Assembly (NCBI GenBank): GCA_018661465.1
Contig: JABJIC010000021.1
Location: 30,192 to 94,191 of the forward strand
Direction: 5' to 3'
DNA: 64,000 nucleotides
Source of the DNA: Gammaproteobacteria bacterium
GTDB taxonomy: Bacteria > Pseudomonadota > Gammaproteobacteria > Pseudomonadales > Pseudohongiellaceae
Shown here: one piece after another, positions 34,999 through 45,940 of the stretch
Numbering within the stretch: the first letter of the stretch is position 1
Layout: the number at the start of each line of letters is the position of its first letter
Notes under the pieces: model-generated
Told to the model about the DNA's origin: nothing
The model's input: only the letters and a program-made list of their open reading frames with translations
The model's database searches: none
Program-made: the position numbers and the translations under genes

Positions 34999-35032
34999 TA
35001 GTACGACTTACTATATCTTCTGACTGCACTCA

Positions 35033-35995
35033 TTACAGCTCTTCTCCCTGAGCTTGCTTGTCCGCGTGATAAGAAGATCTTACCAGTGGTCCACTGGCAA
35101 TATGACGAAACCCCAGTTCCTCACCATAGCGTCGCAGTTCATCAAATTCATCCGGGTGGACAAATCTTTCAACCTTCAAATGATCCTTGCTCGGCTGTAG
35201 ATACTGCCCAAGCGTAATCATATCCACCTTATGCTGGTGTAGGTCTTGTAGTACCAATTTGACTTCATCCAATGTTTCCCCAAGCCCTAGCATGAGACCG
35301 GACTTGGTCACTACATCCGGACATAGCTCTTTGTATGCCTCCAGCAAATCTAAAGACCATTCATAATCAGCTCCCGGTCGAGCTTGTTTATAAAGGCGAG
35401 GGATTGTTTCGAGGTTATGATTGAAAACATCTGGGGTCGTTTGTTTCAGTATATTCAGGGCTATGTCCATGCGCCCTCTAAAATCAGGAACCAACACTTC
35501 AACCTGTGTATTTTCGTTTAGGCGCCGAACTTCGCTTATGCAATTAGCAAAGTGTTGAGCCCCGCTATCTTTCAGGTCGTCTCGATCAACAGAGGTGATA
35601 ACCACATAGCTCAAACCCATTTCTTTAATGGCTTCTGCTAATTCGGTGGGTTCATTCTCTTCCAATGGTTTAGGCTTGCCATGAGCAACATCACAGAAAG
35701 GACAGCGGCGAGTACATATCTCGCCCATGATCATGAACGTGGCGGTGCCGTTACTGAAACATTCTCCGAGATTCGGACAAGAGGCTTCCTCACAAACAGA
35801 GGCAAGTTTGTGGCGTCTAAGTGTTTTCTTAATATGATTAATTTTAGGAGATGCTGGAATCTTTACTCTGATCCAATCTGGCTTGCTTAGTAATTCCGTG
35901 GAGGGAATAACCTTTACCGGAATACGGCGTACTTTGTCAGCACCTCGCAGCTTCTCACCTTCCACCAATACATTTCTGCGTTTACGTTCAGTCAT
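35033..35995 (-). CDS. lipA: Lipoyl synthase
   Basis: 320 aa. The radical-SAM motif is [10 protein letters not shown], and the auxiliary cluster motif is [12 protein letters not shown]. Confidence 0.95.
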   Translation of the reverse strand: MTERKRRNVLVEGEKLRGADKVRRIPVKVIPSTELLSKPDWIRVKIPASPKINHIKKTLRRHKLASVCEEASCPNLGECFSNGTATFMIMGEICTRRCPFCDVAHGKPKPLEENEPTELAEAIKEMGLSYVVITSVDRDDLKDSGAQHFANCISEVRRLNENTQVEVLVPDFRGRMDIALNILKQTTPDVFNHNLETIPRLYKQARPGADYEWSLDLLEAYKELCPDVVTKSGLMLGLGETLDEVKLVLQDLHQHKVDMITLGQYLQPSKDHLKVERFVHPDEFDELRRYGEELGFRHIASGPLVRSSYHADKQAQGEEL

Positions 35996-36023
35996 GAGCT
36001 TTGTTTCGTTTAATTAAGTCCGT

Positions 36024-36734
36024 TTATTTGGTTAGGGCATTGTATCCCAGGTGCAACAACAGCTTATTGCTCAGCACCTTACTAAGAGACTGCATAAGAG
36101 GCACTGCCTGATCTTCTTCCTTGTAGTCAATCAGGTCAGCAAGTTGAGTCACCGCAAGACCTTCGAAGCCACATGGATTTATCCGGGAAAATGGTTCGAG
36201 ATTCATATCCACATTCAAACTAAGACCGTGATAGCTCCAACCATTCTTAATGCGTAATCCCAATGCCGCTATTTTAGCATCATTCACATAGACTCCGGGA
36301 GCACCCTTACGGGTTGTGGCCTCAATTCCATACTCTCCAAGAGTTTCAATAATGGACTTCTCAATTAGATCGACGAGGTTTCTAACACCGAAATTTCTTC
36401 GCCTTACATTTAGCAGGAGATAGGCTACAAGCTGCCCTGGTCCGTGATAGGTAACCTGACCACCTCTGTCAATATTGACTACAGGAATGTCGCCTGAATT
36501 GAGAATATGTTCAGACTTACCGGCTTGTCCCTGAGTAAAAACTGGCTTGTGGCTCAGTAACCAGATCTCATCATCGCGATCTTGACTACCCTGTTGTGCC
36601 AGGTAGGCCATGGATTTCCAGATAGGTTCGTAGTCTTGCAGTCCCAGGCGACGAATCACTAGAGGAGGATGGGTGGAGTTTTCACTGGTCTCAGCTGGCT
36701 CAGCTTTGAACCACTTGTAGTAGCCAAGCTGCAC
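36024..36734 (-). CDS. lipB: Octanoyltransferase LipB
   Basis: 236 aa with a GTG start abutting the ybeD stop. The LipB core is [14 protein letters not shown]...[17 protein letters not shown]. Confidence 0.9.
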   Translation of the reverse strand: MQLGYYKWFKAEPAETSENSTHPPLVIRRLGLQDYEPIWKSMAYLAQQGSQDRDDEIWLLSHKPVFTQGQAGKSEHILNSGDIPVVNIDRGGQVTYHGPGQLVAYLLLNVRRRNFGVRNLVDLIEKSIIETLGEYGIEATTRKGAPGVYVNDAKIAALGLRIKNGWSYHGLSLNVDMNLEPFSRINPCGFEGLAVTQLADLIDYKEEDQAVPLMQSLSKVLSNKLLLHLGYNALTK

Positions 36735-37022
36735 TTAAAGCACCATCTTTACGTTCGGATTGGTCTTTAGTTCCGTAAAAATACTATCCAACTGCTCTAT
36801 CCCGGTTGCTGCAATTGTCAGCCTAACCGAGACATAGTTGTTATTTTTACTGGGATTGATTTCGATTAGCTCTGCTGAGATCTTGCCGGTGAATTTCTCC
36901 ACCGAGCAGATAACCTCATCCTGAAAATCAGGACTGGCTACACCAATGATTTTGATAGGGTAAAGACAGGGAAATTCAATCTTTGGAGCTTCCTGGTCTC
37001 CAGTATTCTCATCTGAACTCAT
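36735..37022 (-). CDS. ybeD: YbeD (DUF493) family protein
   Basis: 95 aa with FPCLYPIKIIG and the C-terminus VKMVL. It sits in the conserved position between dacA and lipB. Confidence 0.85.
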   Translation of the reverse strand: MSSDENTGDQEAPKIEFPCLYPIKIIGVASPDFQDEVICSVEKFTGKISAELIEINPSKNNNYVSVRLTIAATGIEQLDSIFTELKTNPNVKMVL

Positions 37023-37031
37023 ATGGCAGCT

Positions 37032-38252
37032 TTAACCAGAAAACAAATTACTAAATGCCAGTGTTAGCCAATCTACAAACCGCTTGAACATACCGCCCTG
37101 TTCAATTGCCTGCATTGTGACCACATCTCCACTATAAAGAGTGTCATTGTCGAGAGTTACAGTCACGACCCCCATGATCTGTCCATTACCCAGTGGCGCG
37201 TGGATGACTTCATCTATATCCACCGATGCCGTCATGGACTCGGCCTGGCCTCTGGGAATGGTGATGTAAACTTCTTCTTGAATCCCCAGATCAACTGAAC
37301 TCTGCTCACCTGACCATACTTCGACATTCGTTAACACTTGATCAACGTCATATAACTTATGGGTTTCGAAATAGCGAAAACCATAAGTAAGTAACTTCTG
37401 AGTCTCTACTGCTCGAGCTTCTTCACTGGCGGTTCCCATCACTACTGAAATCAGGCGCATTCCATCCCGTTCAGCAGAAGCAACCAGACAATAACCAGCA
37501 GCATCAGTCCACCCTGTTTTCAGCCCATCTACATTTCTGTCACGAAACAGAAGTGCGTTGCGGTTAGTCTGACGAATGTCGTTGTAGGTAAATTCCCGCT
37601 CGGCGTAAAGCGGATAGAATTCAGCATGTCTATTGACCGTCGCCTGGGCAAGAATAGATAAATCACGGGCAGACATGGTGTTGTAGTATTGATCTGTATC
37701 CAGACCGCTGGCATTCATGAAGAAAGTTTCATCCATACCGAGAACTTCTGCATACTGATTCATCATATCGGCGAATGCTTCTTCACTTCCGGCAATATGT
37801 TCGGCTATGGCAACACTGGCATCATTACCAGATTGAATTATGATTCCTCTAAGCAAGTCCTCAACTTCCACTTGAGTGTCTACTCCGACGAACATCTTCG
37901 ACCCTTCCATACGCCAGGCTTTCTCGCTTATATGGACTTCATCGTTTAAAGACATATTGCCATTGAGAATTTCTTCAGTGGCTATATAGGCAGTCATGAT
38001 TTTTGTGAGGCTTGCCGGTGGTAGAGCTTCGTCAGCATTTTCTTCTACAATGATATGACCAGTTTTGGCATCGATCAAAATATAGCTGGTCGCAGCTACT
38101 TCTGGCGGCCTAGGGATAATAGCTGGCGCAGCAACTGAGAAATTAGAAAACAGAATTGAGCAACACAACAGGATAGCTAGCAATCCCTTCTTAAATGGAA
38201 CTACAGAGCTGATCTTGCTGGAATAAAAATTATTAAGGCTTCTTGAAAACAT
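37032..38252 (-). CDS. dacA: D-alanyl-D-alanine carboxypeptidase (PBP5/6 class)
   Basis: 406 aa with a signal peptide. The motifs are SLTK (SxxK), SGN and KTG (LKTGWT). Confidence 0.9.
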   Translation of the reverse strand: MFSRSLNNFYSSKISSVVPFKKGLLAILLCCSILFSNFSVAAPAIIPRPPEVAATSYILIDAKTGHIIVEENADEALPPASLTKIMTAYIATEEILNGNMSLNDEVHISEKAWRMEGSKMFVGVDTQVEVEDLLRGIIIQSGNDASVAIAEHIAGSEEAFADMMNQYAEVLGMDETFFMNASGLDTDQYYNTMSARDLSILAQATVNRHAEFYPLYAEREFTYNDIRQTNRNALLFRDRNVDGLKTGWTDAAGYCLVASAERDGMRLISVVMGTASEEARAVETQKLLTYGFRYFETHKLYDVDQVLTNVEVWSGEQSSVDLGIQEEVYITIPRGQAESMTASVDIDEVIHAPLGNGQIMGVVTVTLDNDTLYSGDVVTMQAIEQGGMFKRFVDWLTLAFSNLFSG

Positions 38253-38362
38253 TGAGAAATCCGTCTTGATTAATGTTGGATCAATAAAAATATATTGGAT
38301 AATTTAATAAAAAGTATCTTGCGAAGTGACGAATCAGGCTGATGTCGTTCGGTATGCAGTGC

Positions 38363-39220
38363 TTATTCGGTAACAGTGTACGGGCTTCCCAGGTTTGCGG
38401 CAACCACACTTTGTGTGATTCGCCGAATTTGACCTGGGTCCGATATAGGCCCGACTCGCACTCGATGCAAAATGCCGTTTCCGGCTGTATTTACCGAACG
38501 AATAATCACAGGAAAACTCGTCAATCCTTCTAATTTGCTTGAGACTTGCTGGGCAGTTCCCAACTCTGAAAACGCACCCACTTGCAAAAACTTGTTACCA
38601 CTAGCACTTCGAGCCAGCACTTCATTAACAGGAATATCTCTTCGAGAAACCGCTCTGTCATCGCCGTGAACAACTACCGATTCCAACAGTACTCGTGCAG
38701 TACCTCTATCGGCATAGCCCAATTTGCTCGCTGCCGCGAAAGATAAATCTACTATCCTGTCTCCGTGAAACGGACCCCGATCATTTACCCGTACAACCAG
38801 GCTGCGATTATTATCAAGATTGGTCACTCGCAAGAAACTGGGTATTGGCAATGATTTGTGGGCTGCTGACGCAAGATACATATCGAAAGTTTCACCATTG
38901 GACGTCTTGTGGCCATGGAATTTTTCTCCATACCAAGATGCGACGCCAGTTTCTCGATAGCCTTCTTCAGTTGACAGCACGTTATAAGAATTACCCAATA
39001 CGGTATAGGGGCTGCGATTACCCGCCCCGGTCCGAGTTATTGGTTCGGGTATCACTTCGGGTATGGAGGCTATATTCATTGCCCTGTCCGGAGCACGATC
39101 CTGAGTGATACTGTAACGGCCGTCGTTTGGGTTTTGCGGAACTGGCGGCGTGGAGGAACATGCCGCAAGAGACAATAAAAGCAAGCCGGCAGTGTAACTC
39201 TTAAACAAGTACTCTCTCAT
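38363..39220 (-). CDS. rlpA: Septal ring lytic transglycosylase RlpA family lipoprotein
   Basis: I use the ATG at 39220 (MREYLFKSYTAGLLLLSLAACSS contains a lipobox). It has a DPBB domain (GVASWYGEKFHGHKTSNGETFD..VRVNDRGPF) and a C-terminal SPOR-like domain. Confidence 0.9.
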   Translation of the reverse strand: MREYLFKSYTAGLLLLSLAACSSTPPVPQNPNDGRYSITQDRAPDRAMNIASIPEVIPEPITRTGAGNRSPYTVLGNSYNVLSTEEGYRETGVASWYGEKFHGHKTSNGETFDMYLASAAHKSLPIPSFLRVTNLDNNRSLVVRVNDRGPFHGDRIVDLSFAAASKLGYADRGTARVLLESVVVHGDDRAVSRRDIPVNEVLARSASGNKFLQVGAFSELGTAQQVSSKLEGLTSFPVIIRSVNTAGNGILHRVRVGPISDPGQIRRITQSVVAANLGSPYTVTE

Positions 39221-39414
39221 TGTAGAACCCATGAATATTTTGGAATAGCTGAATCTGACAGGCACGAAAAACCGCAAGCCTCTGAAGCTTAACGTCCGAA
39301 TTCTCAATAATTTTAGTGATTCCGGTGGTGTAAAATCATTCGGTTAGCGGAATCTTTGAAAAATTCGATGTCAGATTGTAATGAAACTGTATATTAATGT
39401 TAAATATCAATAAG

Positions 39415-40566
39415 TTACGATATTTTTGGGCGACTATGGGTCTGAATAGACATCAACAGGCCAAAACCAATAAATAAGGTGACGACGGATGTTCCGCCCC
39501 GGCTCATTAACGGCAGTGGTAATCCGATTACCGGCAACAATCCCGAAACCATTGCCATATTAACGAATACATAGAAAAAGAAAGTAAGCGTAATACTGCC
39601 AGCCAGTAATCGACTGAACATATCAGTGGACGTGAAGGCAATGAAACACCCTCTTAGAAGCACGAAGAGGTAAAGGCCAATTAGAAACAATATCCCTAAT
39701 AGTCCGAATTCTTCTGCCAACACCGCGAGAATAAAATCCGTGTTGCTCTCAGGAATAAAATCCAGATGGGACTGCGCACCGTTACCGTATCCCTTGCCGT
39801 AAATACCGCCTGAACCGATTGCTATTTGAGATTGAATAATATTATAGCCGGCACCTGTGGGGTCTCGGTAAGGATTGAAAAAAGTAAGAATCCGATTTTT
39901 CTGATGCTCCTGGGCGAGGAAAATATACCATGCAGGAGAGGCCAGCATTAATGCAATAAAGCCTGCGATTACTATGCGCCAACGTATTCCCGCCAGCAAT
40001 ACCACGAAGATGCCTGACATGGTCACCATGATTGCGGTACCGGTATCATTCTGCAAAATAATCAAGGCGGACGGAATAAGGATCATCACCGCCGACCAAA
40101 ACAAGTGTTTAAATCGGGGTGGCAAAGGTCTACTTGCCAGATACCAGGCCATAAGCAAGGGTACTGCGAATTTCATTAGTTCAGAGGGCTGAAAACTGGG
40201 AAGTCCTGGAAGATTTAGCCAGCTTTGGGCGCCATTTTCTTCGACTCCGAAGAGCAGGACGATAACGAGCAGCGCTATGCCACCGGCATACATCGAAAGA
40301 GCCCATTGCCTGAAGAAATGAATATTGAATTGAGCAATGATGAACATCACCACCATACCGATCATCATCGACACTGCCTGGCGCTGAACTACTTCTTGAT
40401 CTCCACCACTGGCGCTAGAGAGAACCATTACACCGAAACAACAAAGCAGGATTAGCCCGACCAGGAGTGGCGGGTCCATGTGAATTATTCGCCAGATTGA
40501 ACGGGGTTTGGCAGTGGAGGAACCGAGACCGGCAGACTGCCGAATAAAATCCTGACTACTCATCAA
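39415..40566 (-). CDS. rodA: Peptidoglycan glycosyltransferase RodA (SEDS family)
   Basis: 383 aa and polytopic, with SEDS motifs (QPSELMKF, GLPLPLMSRGGTS). It overlaps the mrdA end by 11 nt. Confidence 0.92.
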   Translation of the reverse strand: MMSSQDFIRQSAGLGSSTAKPRSIWRIIHMDPPLLVGLILLCCFGVMVLSSASGGDQEVVQRQAVSMMIGMVVMFIIAQFNIHFFRQWALSMYAGGIALLVIVLLFGVEENGAQSWLNLPGLPSFQPSELMKFAVPLLMAWYLASRPLPPRFKHLFWSAVMILIPSALIILQNDTGTAIMVTMSGIFVVLLAGIRWRIVIAGFIALMLASPAWYIFLAQEHQKNRILTFFNPYRDPTGAGYNIIQSQIAIGSGGIYGKGYGNGAQSHLDFIPESNTDFILAVLAEEFGLLGILFLIGLYLFVLLRGCFIAFTSTDMFSRLLAGSITLTFFFYVFVNMAMVSGLLPVIGLPLPLMSRGGTSVVTLFIGFGLLMSIQTHSRPKIS

Positions 40567-42541
40567 TTGCAGCTATCAAGGGCTGGGCTTCAGCTACAGC
40601 TTCGGCTTCCAACGCAGCGAAATCAATTTGCAGAATATCCAAGAGGTAGGTATCGATTACCTGCTTTGCCACTGGCCCGGCAACACTTGAGCCGTGCTCA
40701 CCATTTTCTACGAATACGGCAATAGCAATTTGCGGTTCGATATGTGGATTCTCAGCTGGAGCAAAAGATATAAACAGGCCATGGTCTTTATTAAGATCTG
40801 ACACAATGATGTCTTCAGTTTTCATTATGTCCTGACTTATACCGACCACTTGAGCAGTACCCGACTTGCCTGCCATCTTGTATGGCATTTCACGGTCCGC
40901 CATGGCTATAGCCTCAAAGGCTGTTCCATAATCTCTAAACACATCGTTATATGCCCTGTGCACAACCATCGTCATGGACTCTTCAATATATCGCCAGTAG
41001 TCGGGATCGTTAACCATAACATCGGGTATGGCATTTTCGACGATTGGCTCCGCCGCAACACCGCCTACTTCCTTGAGCATGCGCGGGGGTACGACTTTGC
41101 CCTTATTAGCAATTATGGAAGCTGCTGTCGCCAATTGCAGAGGCGTTGCCCACATATAACCCTGACCGACAGATGAATTAATAGTATCTCCGGGGTACCA
41201 GGGCTCGCCCCGAGTTGCCCGCTTCCAATCTCTGGATGGCAGTACGCCAGTTCTTGCATAGTTGATATCTAAGGCGAAGTTTTGGCCGAAACCAAACATG
41301 GACAGGAACTCATGAATAGAATCGATACCCATGCGATTACCTAGGTCATAGAAGAAGGTATCGCATGATTGAAAAATAGCTTTCTGCAAATCTGTGTGAC
41401 CGTGACCACCGCCTATAGCAGTTCTTAAAGTGTAATCTCCCCAGCGATAACTCACGCCGGGTAAACGAAAATAACCAGGGTCTTCGATGGCGAACTCATA
41501 ATCTACATGCTCATACTGCAATCCAGCGAGCCCAATAAATGGTTTAACTGTTGATCCAGGAGGATAGGGATTTACAGCTCTATCGAATAACGGTGTATTG
41601 ATCTCGTCAGTCACCAAAACATTGTAATCACGACTACTGATTCCAGTTACAAACAAATTGGGATCAAATCCCGGCTTGCTCACCATCGCCAGAATGCCCC
41701 CTGTCGATGGATCGATAGCTACAACTGCTCCACGAGAATCTCCCAGTGCCGCGATTGCTGCTTCCTGTAAGCGGGCATCCAGATGAAGCGTAATATCTTG
41801 ACCGGCAACAGGATCGGTTCGATCCAATTCCCGCATCACCTGCCCCCTATTATTCTTCTCCACAATTTCATAACCAACAGTGCCATGGAGAATATCTTCG
41901 TAAGTCCGCTCTATACCGGTTTTTCCTATATGGTTAGTGCCGCCATAGTTTTCCCGCGTTTCGTCATCCATCCTCTCAATTTCATCTCGATTAATTTCCG
42001 ATACATAACCCACAGAGTGAGCCGTGAGTGCAGAGAAAGGATATTGACGAACGAACTGAGGCTCGATAGCTATTCCTGTCAGCTTGTGGCTGTTAACTGC
42101 AATTCGAGATTGCTCCTCGTCAGTTAATACATAGCGAAGTGGCACCGAGGAGAAAGGCACTCTATTGCGGCTTAAGCGATTATTGAATTGTTCGATGTCC
42201 TCTTCACTCAGGCGTATAAGACTGCTGAGTAAGCCCAGAGTGGCATCCATATCTTCAATTTGCTCTCGAACCACAGTCAGATTGAAAATTGGCTGATTGT
42301 CTGCCAATAAGGTGCCACTTCGATCATAGATCAGTCCTCTAGCGGGAGGAACGTATTGAGAATGCAGGCGATTGCCATCGGAACGGGATGAGAAATAGTC
42401 AAATTGATAGACCTGCAGATTAACTATTTTTGCAATCAGGGCTGCGAAAAGTAGAATCACCAGAACGCCTGCAACAATCAGTCTTCTATTGAATAACTGA
42501 GCCTCAGCCTCGTGATCCTTAACTTGCCATTTACTGATCAT
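40556..42541 (-). CDS. mrdA: Penicillin-binding protein 2 (elongasome transpeptidase)
   Basis: 661 aa with an N-terminal TM helix. The motifs are STVK (SxxK), SSVGQG and KSGT(A). Confidence 0.92.
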   Translation of the reverse strand: MISKWQVKDHEAEAQLFNRRLIVAGVLVILLFAALIAKIVNLQVYQFDYFSSRSDGNRLHSQYVPPARGLIYDRSGTLLADNQPIFNLTVVREQIEDMDATLGLLSSLIRLSEEDIEQFNNRLSRNRVPFSSVPLRYVLTDEEQSRIAVNSHKLTGIAIEPQFVRQYPFSALTAHSVGYVSEINRDEIERMDDETRENYGGTNHIGKTGIERTYEDILHGTVGYEIVEKNNRGQVMRELDRTDPVAGQDITLHLDARLQEAAIAALGDSRGAVVAIDPSTGGILAMVSKPGFDPNLFVTGISSRDYNVLVTDEINTPLFDRAVNPYPPGSTVKPFIGLAGLQYEHVDYEFAIEDPGYFRLPGVSYRWGDYTLRTAIGGGHGHTDLQKAIFQSCDTFFYDLGNRMGIDSIHEFLSMFGFGQNFALDINYARTGVLPSRDWKRATRGEPWYPGDTINSSVGQGYMWATPLQLATAASIIANKGKVVPPRMLKEVGGVAAEPIVENAIPDVMVNDPDYWRYIEESMTMVVHRAYNDVFRDYGTAFEAIAMADREMPYKMAGKSGTAQVVGISQDIMKTEDIIVSDLNKDHGLFISFAPAENPHIEPQIAIAVFVENGEHGSSVAGPVAKQVIDTYLLDILQIDFAALEAEAVAEAQPLIAAIDE

Positions 42542-42845
42542 GGATTGTGTCCTGATTGTGCAGTCTGGTACTTAAGCCTTGGTACTAAAGCCTTATAGTG
42601 GAGAGAACCACCATTGATACATTAAGTCGGCTAATACTATGCTCTCTGAAGCCTATATTTTCAGCATATTTACCATTTGCTGACATTGCCCGGATAGACT
42701 TCCAAAATAGACTAATAGCCAGCTAAGTAGACAGGTAAACAGGTGAAAAGTTTAATAAGTTTAAAAAACCGCCCATTCGAGTAAGCTCAGCTATGCATTT
42801 TAACCTGATTTAACAGTGATTTCAGGCAAGAAGTCACACAGCAGC

Positions 42846-43316
42846 TTAGCTTCGATGGTATGGATGACCTTTTAAGATAGTAGTTGCCCGATATAGCTGC
42901 TCCGCCACCATAATCCTCACCAGAGGATGGGGCATGGTCATTTTCGACAATGACCAAGTCTCATTTGCTCTACTCAGACACTCTTTGCTGAGGCCATCCG
43001 GACCCCCAACAATGAGACTGATATTGAGACCTTCTTGCTTAAGCTCGGCTAATCTGTCGGCAAGAGATTCAGTACTAATTTGCTTACCTAGAACATCCAG
43101 AGCGATCAGATAGTCACCCTTGCCGAGAGCTGCAAGAATTGAATCACCCTCCTTCTGGACACATTGTTCAATATTGGCCGTCTTGGTCCTTTTCGCCATC
43201 GGCACTTCACAAACCGTAAAACCCAATTCCGAAGCTATCCGTTTTGCATATTCTTCAACACCCTGCTGAACCCAACCTGGCATCTTGGTGCCAACAGAGA
43301 TCAGTTTTACTTTCAC
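42846..43316 (-). CDS. rlmH: 23S rRNA (pseudouridine1915-N3)-methyltransferase RlmH
   Basis: 156 aa in the SPOUT family. It starts MKVKLISVGTKMP and ends GHPYHRS. Confidence 0.92.
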   Translation of the reverse strand: MKVKLISVGTKMPGWVQQGVEEYAKRIASELGFTVCEVPMAKRTKTANIEQCVQKEGDSILAALGKGDYLIALDVLGKQISTESLADRLAELKQEGLNISLIVGGPDGLSKECLSRANETWSLSKMTMPHPLVRIMVAEQLYRATTILKGHPYHRS

Positions 43317-43693
43317 GTAGTAGCATCTCCTGCTTCCATATCGCGACTGGCATCGGATTTATCTTTGCTTGTTTTAAAACTCCAAAGTTCTTCGAGATTA
43401 TACAATGCCCTCATCGGGGCAATCATTAAGTGAACCACGACGCCACCCAGATCAAGCAAAATCCATTCAGATTGTAATCTTCCTTCTACTTTCCCACCTG
43501 CATGCCCCGCTTCCTTTACTTTTTTCGAAGCACTATCAGCGAGCGCCTTAATATGAGTATTTGAAGTGCCGGTAGCGATAACCATGTAATCAGTAATTGC
43601 TGTCAACTCCTCTACATTGATACATCGAATGTCTTGACCCTTCATATCATCGATTGCCTCAACAACGATTTCTGCCAATTCTTTGCTATTCAA
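43313..43693 (-). CDS. rsfS: Ribosome silencing factor RsfS
   Basis: 126 aa with DYMVIATGTSNTHIKALAD...WILLDLGGVVVHLM...YNLEELW. It overlaps rlmH by 4 nt. Confidence 0.9.
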   Translation of the reverse strand: MNSKELAEIVVEAIDDMKGQDIRCINVEELTAITDYMVIATGTSNTHIKALADSASKKVKEAGHAGGKVEGRLQSEWILLDLGGVVVHLMIAPMRALYNLEELWSFKTSKDKSDASRDMEAGDATT

Positions 43694-43741
43694 AACTGTC
43701 CTTCCTATTGTTAAAACCCATTAGAATTTTTCCGTGATAAT

Positions 43742-44398
43742 TTATTTGTGTGGTTGATCCAGGGAGCTATAGAGACCATTTTCCTTAATATAATCTAGCA
43801 CCGCTTGATCCAGAACATCATCCACAATCGCGCCTGCTTTCAATTTATCTCGCACCAGGGTTGATGAAATATCAAATTGAAAATCGTCGGCGAAGAGAAT
43901 TTTACCAGTTTCAGCTGCAACAAGTTCTTCTCCAGTATCAACCTTACGCTCATCTAAACCAATCAGGTTGGCGGTCTCAACAGACACCGATTCTCCCGGT
44001 CGGGATAATACAAACAAACTGCAATATTGAAATATTGAATCATACTGATGCCACTGAGGCAGGGAATTAAAAGAATCTATTCCCAAAACAAATATCAGCC
44101 TGGCTCCAGGCTCCTGCTCATTTAATTTCGCCAAAGTTTCAGTGGTATAAGATGTTCCTGCACCATTAATTTCAATCGGGTCAATTTCGATTTCGGCATC
44201 ATGGCAGGTTGCAAGTTCCAACATGCGAAATCGATGACTTGAATCTTCCGTCGCATCAACGCGATGATTTGGATTTCCACAGGGAATCATTTTTAGACTG
44301 TGTAACTGAAGCCGTTCAAGCGTAAATCGCGCCGCTTCAACATGCCCTTTGTGAACAGGATCAAACATTCCGCCATAGACAGCTAAGTGCAGGCTCAT
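43742..44398 (-). CDS. nadD: Nicotinate-nucleotide adenylyltransferase
   Basis: 218 aa with [11 protein letters not shown] (the (H/T)xGH motif) and ISSTLVR. It overlaps the proA stop by 4 nt. Confidence 0.9.
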   Translation of the reverse strand: MSLHLAVYGGMFDPVHKGHVEAARFTLERLQLHSLKMIPCGNPNHRVDATEDSSHRFRMLELATCHDAEIEIDPIEINGAGTSYTTETLAKLNEQEPGARLIFVLGIDSFNSLPQWHQYDSIFQYCSLFVLSRPGESVSVETANLIGLDERKVDTGEELVAAETGKILFADDFQFDISSTLVRDKLKAGAIVDDVLDQAVLDYIKENGLYSSLDQPHK

Positions 44399-45654
44399 TG
44401 CCGTATGTGGCCATCCCCCAGAACTACATACTTCTGAGAAGTGAGCCCTTCCAGCCCAACAGGCCCACGAGCATGAAGCTTGTCTGTGGAAATTCCAATC
44501 TCTGCACCAAGACCGTATTCGAAACCATCAGCAAAGCGGGTTGAAGTATTAATCATCACCGAACTTGAATCGACTTCCCGCAGGAATTTCTGTGCACGAT
44601 TATAATCTTCGGTCATGATGGATTCGGTGTGTTGCGAACTGTATTTGTTAATATGCTTAATAGCTTCATCCACATCCGACACTATTTTCGCAGAGATGAT
44701 CGGTGCCAGGTATTCTTCTTCCCAATCAGACTCGCTGGCTGTTTCGAGCCCATCGTAAATCTTACGAATCTTTTCACAGGCTCTTATCTCAACTCCAAGT
44801 TCTCGGTATTGATCAAAAAGTGCAGGTAATACTTCCGCGGCAATAGTTTCTGCCACTAACAAGGATTCGAGGGTGCAACATGTTCCATAACGTTGAGTCT
44901 TGGCGTTGACCGCTACACTTATGGATTTTTCAATATCAGCTTTATCGTCAATATACAGATGACAGTTGCCATCTAGATGTTTTATCACAGGCACTTTTGC
45001 ATCGTTGCTGATTCTTTCAATCAGCCCCTTACCCCCTCTTGGGATAATGACATCGACAAATTCTGGCATGGTAATAAGAAGACCCACCGCATCACGATCG
45101 GTTCTATCCAACACTTGAACTACATGTTTACTTAGACCCGCTTCTTCGAGTCCCGAGGCAATACAGGAAGCAATAGCCTGATTAGAGTGTATAGCTTCCG
45201 AACCCCCGCGAAGGATGGTGGCGTTACCAGATTTCAAACACAGACTGGCAGCCTCACAGGTGACATTTGGTCGGGACTCGTAAATAATTCCGATCACACC
45301 TAAAGGAACGCGCATGCGGCCTACCTGTATTCCGGAAGGCCTGAATTTCAAGTCGCTGATCTCTCCAACAGGATCATCCAGAGTGGCTACCTGATTAAGC
45401 CCCTCGATCATGCTGTCTATTCGCCCCTCGGTTAGTTCGAGCCTGTCCATTAACGGCGCATCCAAACCTTTCTCAACACCATTCTCAAGATCGAGTTTAT
45501 TCGCGGCCATTAGTTGATCTCGACTCTCGTCGATTAATCTAGCGATGGATTTAAGTGCAGCATTCTTCTGAGCAGTAGTTGCTCTGGCAATTTCGTGAGA
45601 GGCCTCTCGCGCCTGCGCACCCAGTTGCTGCATATATGATTCAATATCACTCAT
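44395..45654 (-). CDS. proA: Glutamate-5-semialdehyde dehydrogenase
   Basis: 419 aa with the ProA-typical IYESRPNVT and the catalytic region [12 protein letters not shown]. Confidence 0.93.
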   Translation of the reverse strand: MSDIESYMQQLGAQAREASHEIARATTAQKNAALKSIARLIDESRDQLMAANKLDLENGVEKGLDAPLMDRLELTEGRIDSMIEGLNQVATLDDPVGEISDLKFRPSGIQVGRMRVPLGVIGIIYESRPNVTCEAASLCLKSGNATILRGGSEAIHSNQAIASCIASGLEEAGLSKHVVQVLDRTDRDAVGLLITMPEFVDVIIPRGGKGLIERISNDAKVPVIKHLDGNCHLYIDDKADIEKSISVAVNAKTQRYGTCCTLESLLVAETIAAEVLPALFDQYRELGVEIRACEKIRKIYDGLETASESDWEEEYLAPIISAKIVSDVDEAIKHINKYSSQHTESIMTEDYNRAQKFLREVDSSSVMINTSTRFADGFEYGLGAEIGISTDKLHARGPVGLEGLTSQKYVVLGDGHIRQ

Positions 45655-45940
45655 CGGTCTCTTTAACTCACTATTCAGCTCAAAGCTATCCAGCTCGAAA
45701 GCCTGTTATTGTAAACAGTTGAAGGCTATTGTTGGCGATAGTCGCCTGCACCCAATTGTAAAATCACCGCCGAGGATTGCCCAGCCTGATCTGTAAAGGG
45801 GCAGATTATACCCCAAAAACACCATGAACAGGGGTGTTACCCTACCTGAAGCAATCCTCTCTGATCGCTGGTATTGGACAGGGGGCAAGCCAAAGCTTTA
45901 TGCTTTGGCTTCCGATAAGGCAGTGCGATAGGTTGTAATT

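Noticed and set aside
45655-45940. Possible lysine riboswitch upstream of the NhaC-family transporter, by analogy with LysW-type NhaC transporters
   Set aside because: I looked for the L-box hallmarks (GAGGCGC, GCCGAAG, ACTGTCA, GGAGAGC) on the plus strand and found only a partial GCCGAGG. There is no convincing multi-helix arrangement. Only a cmsearch could revive this idea.
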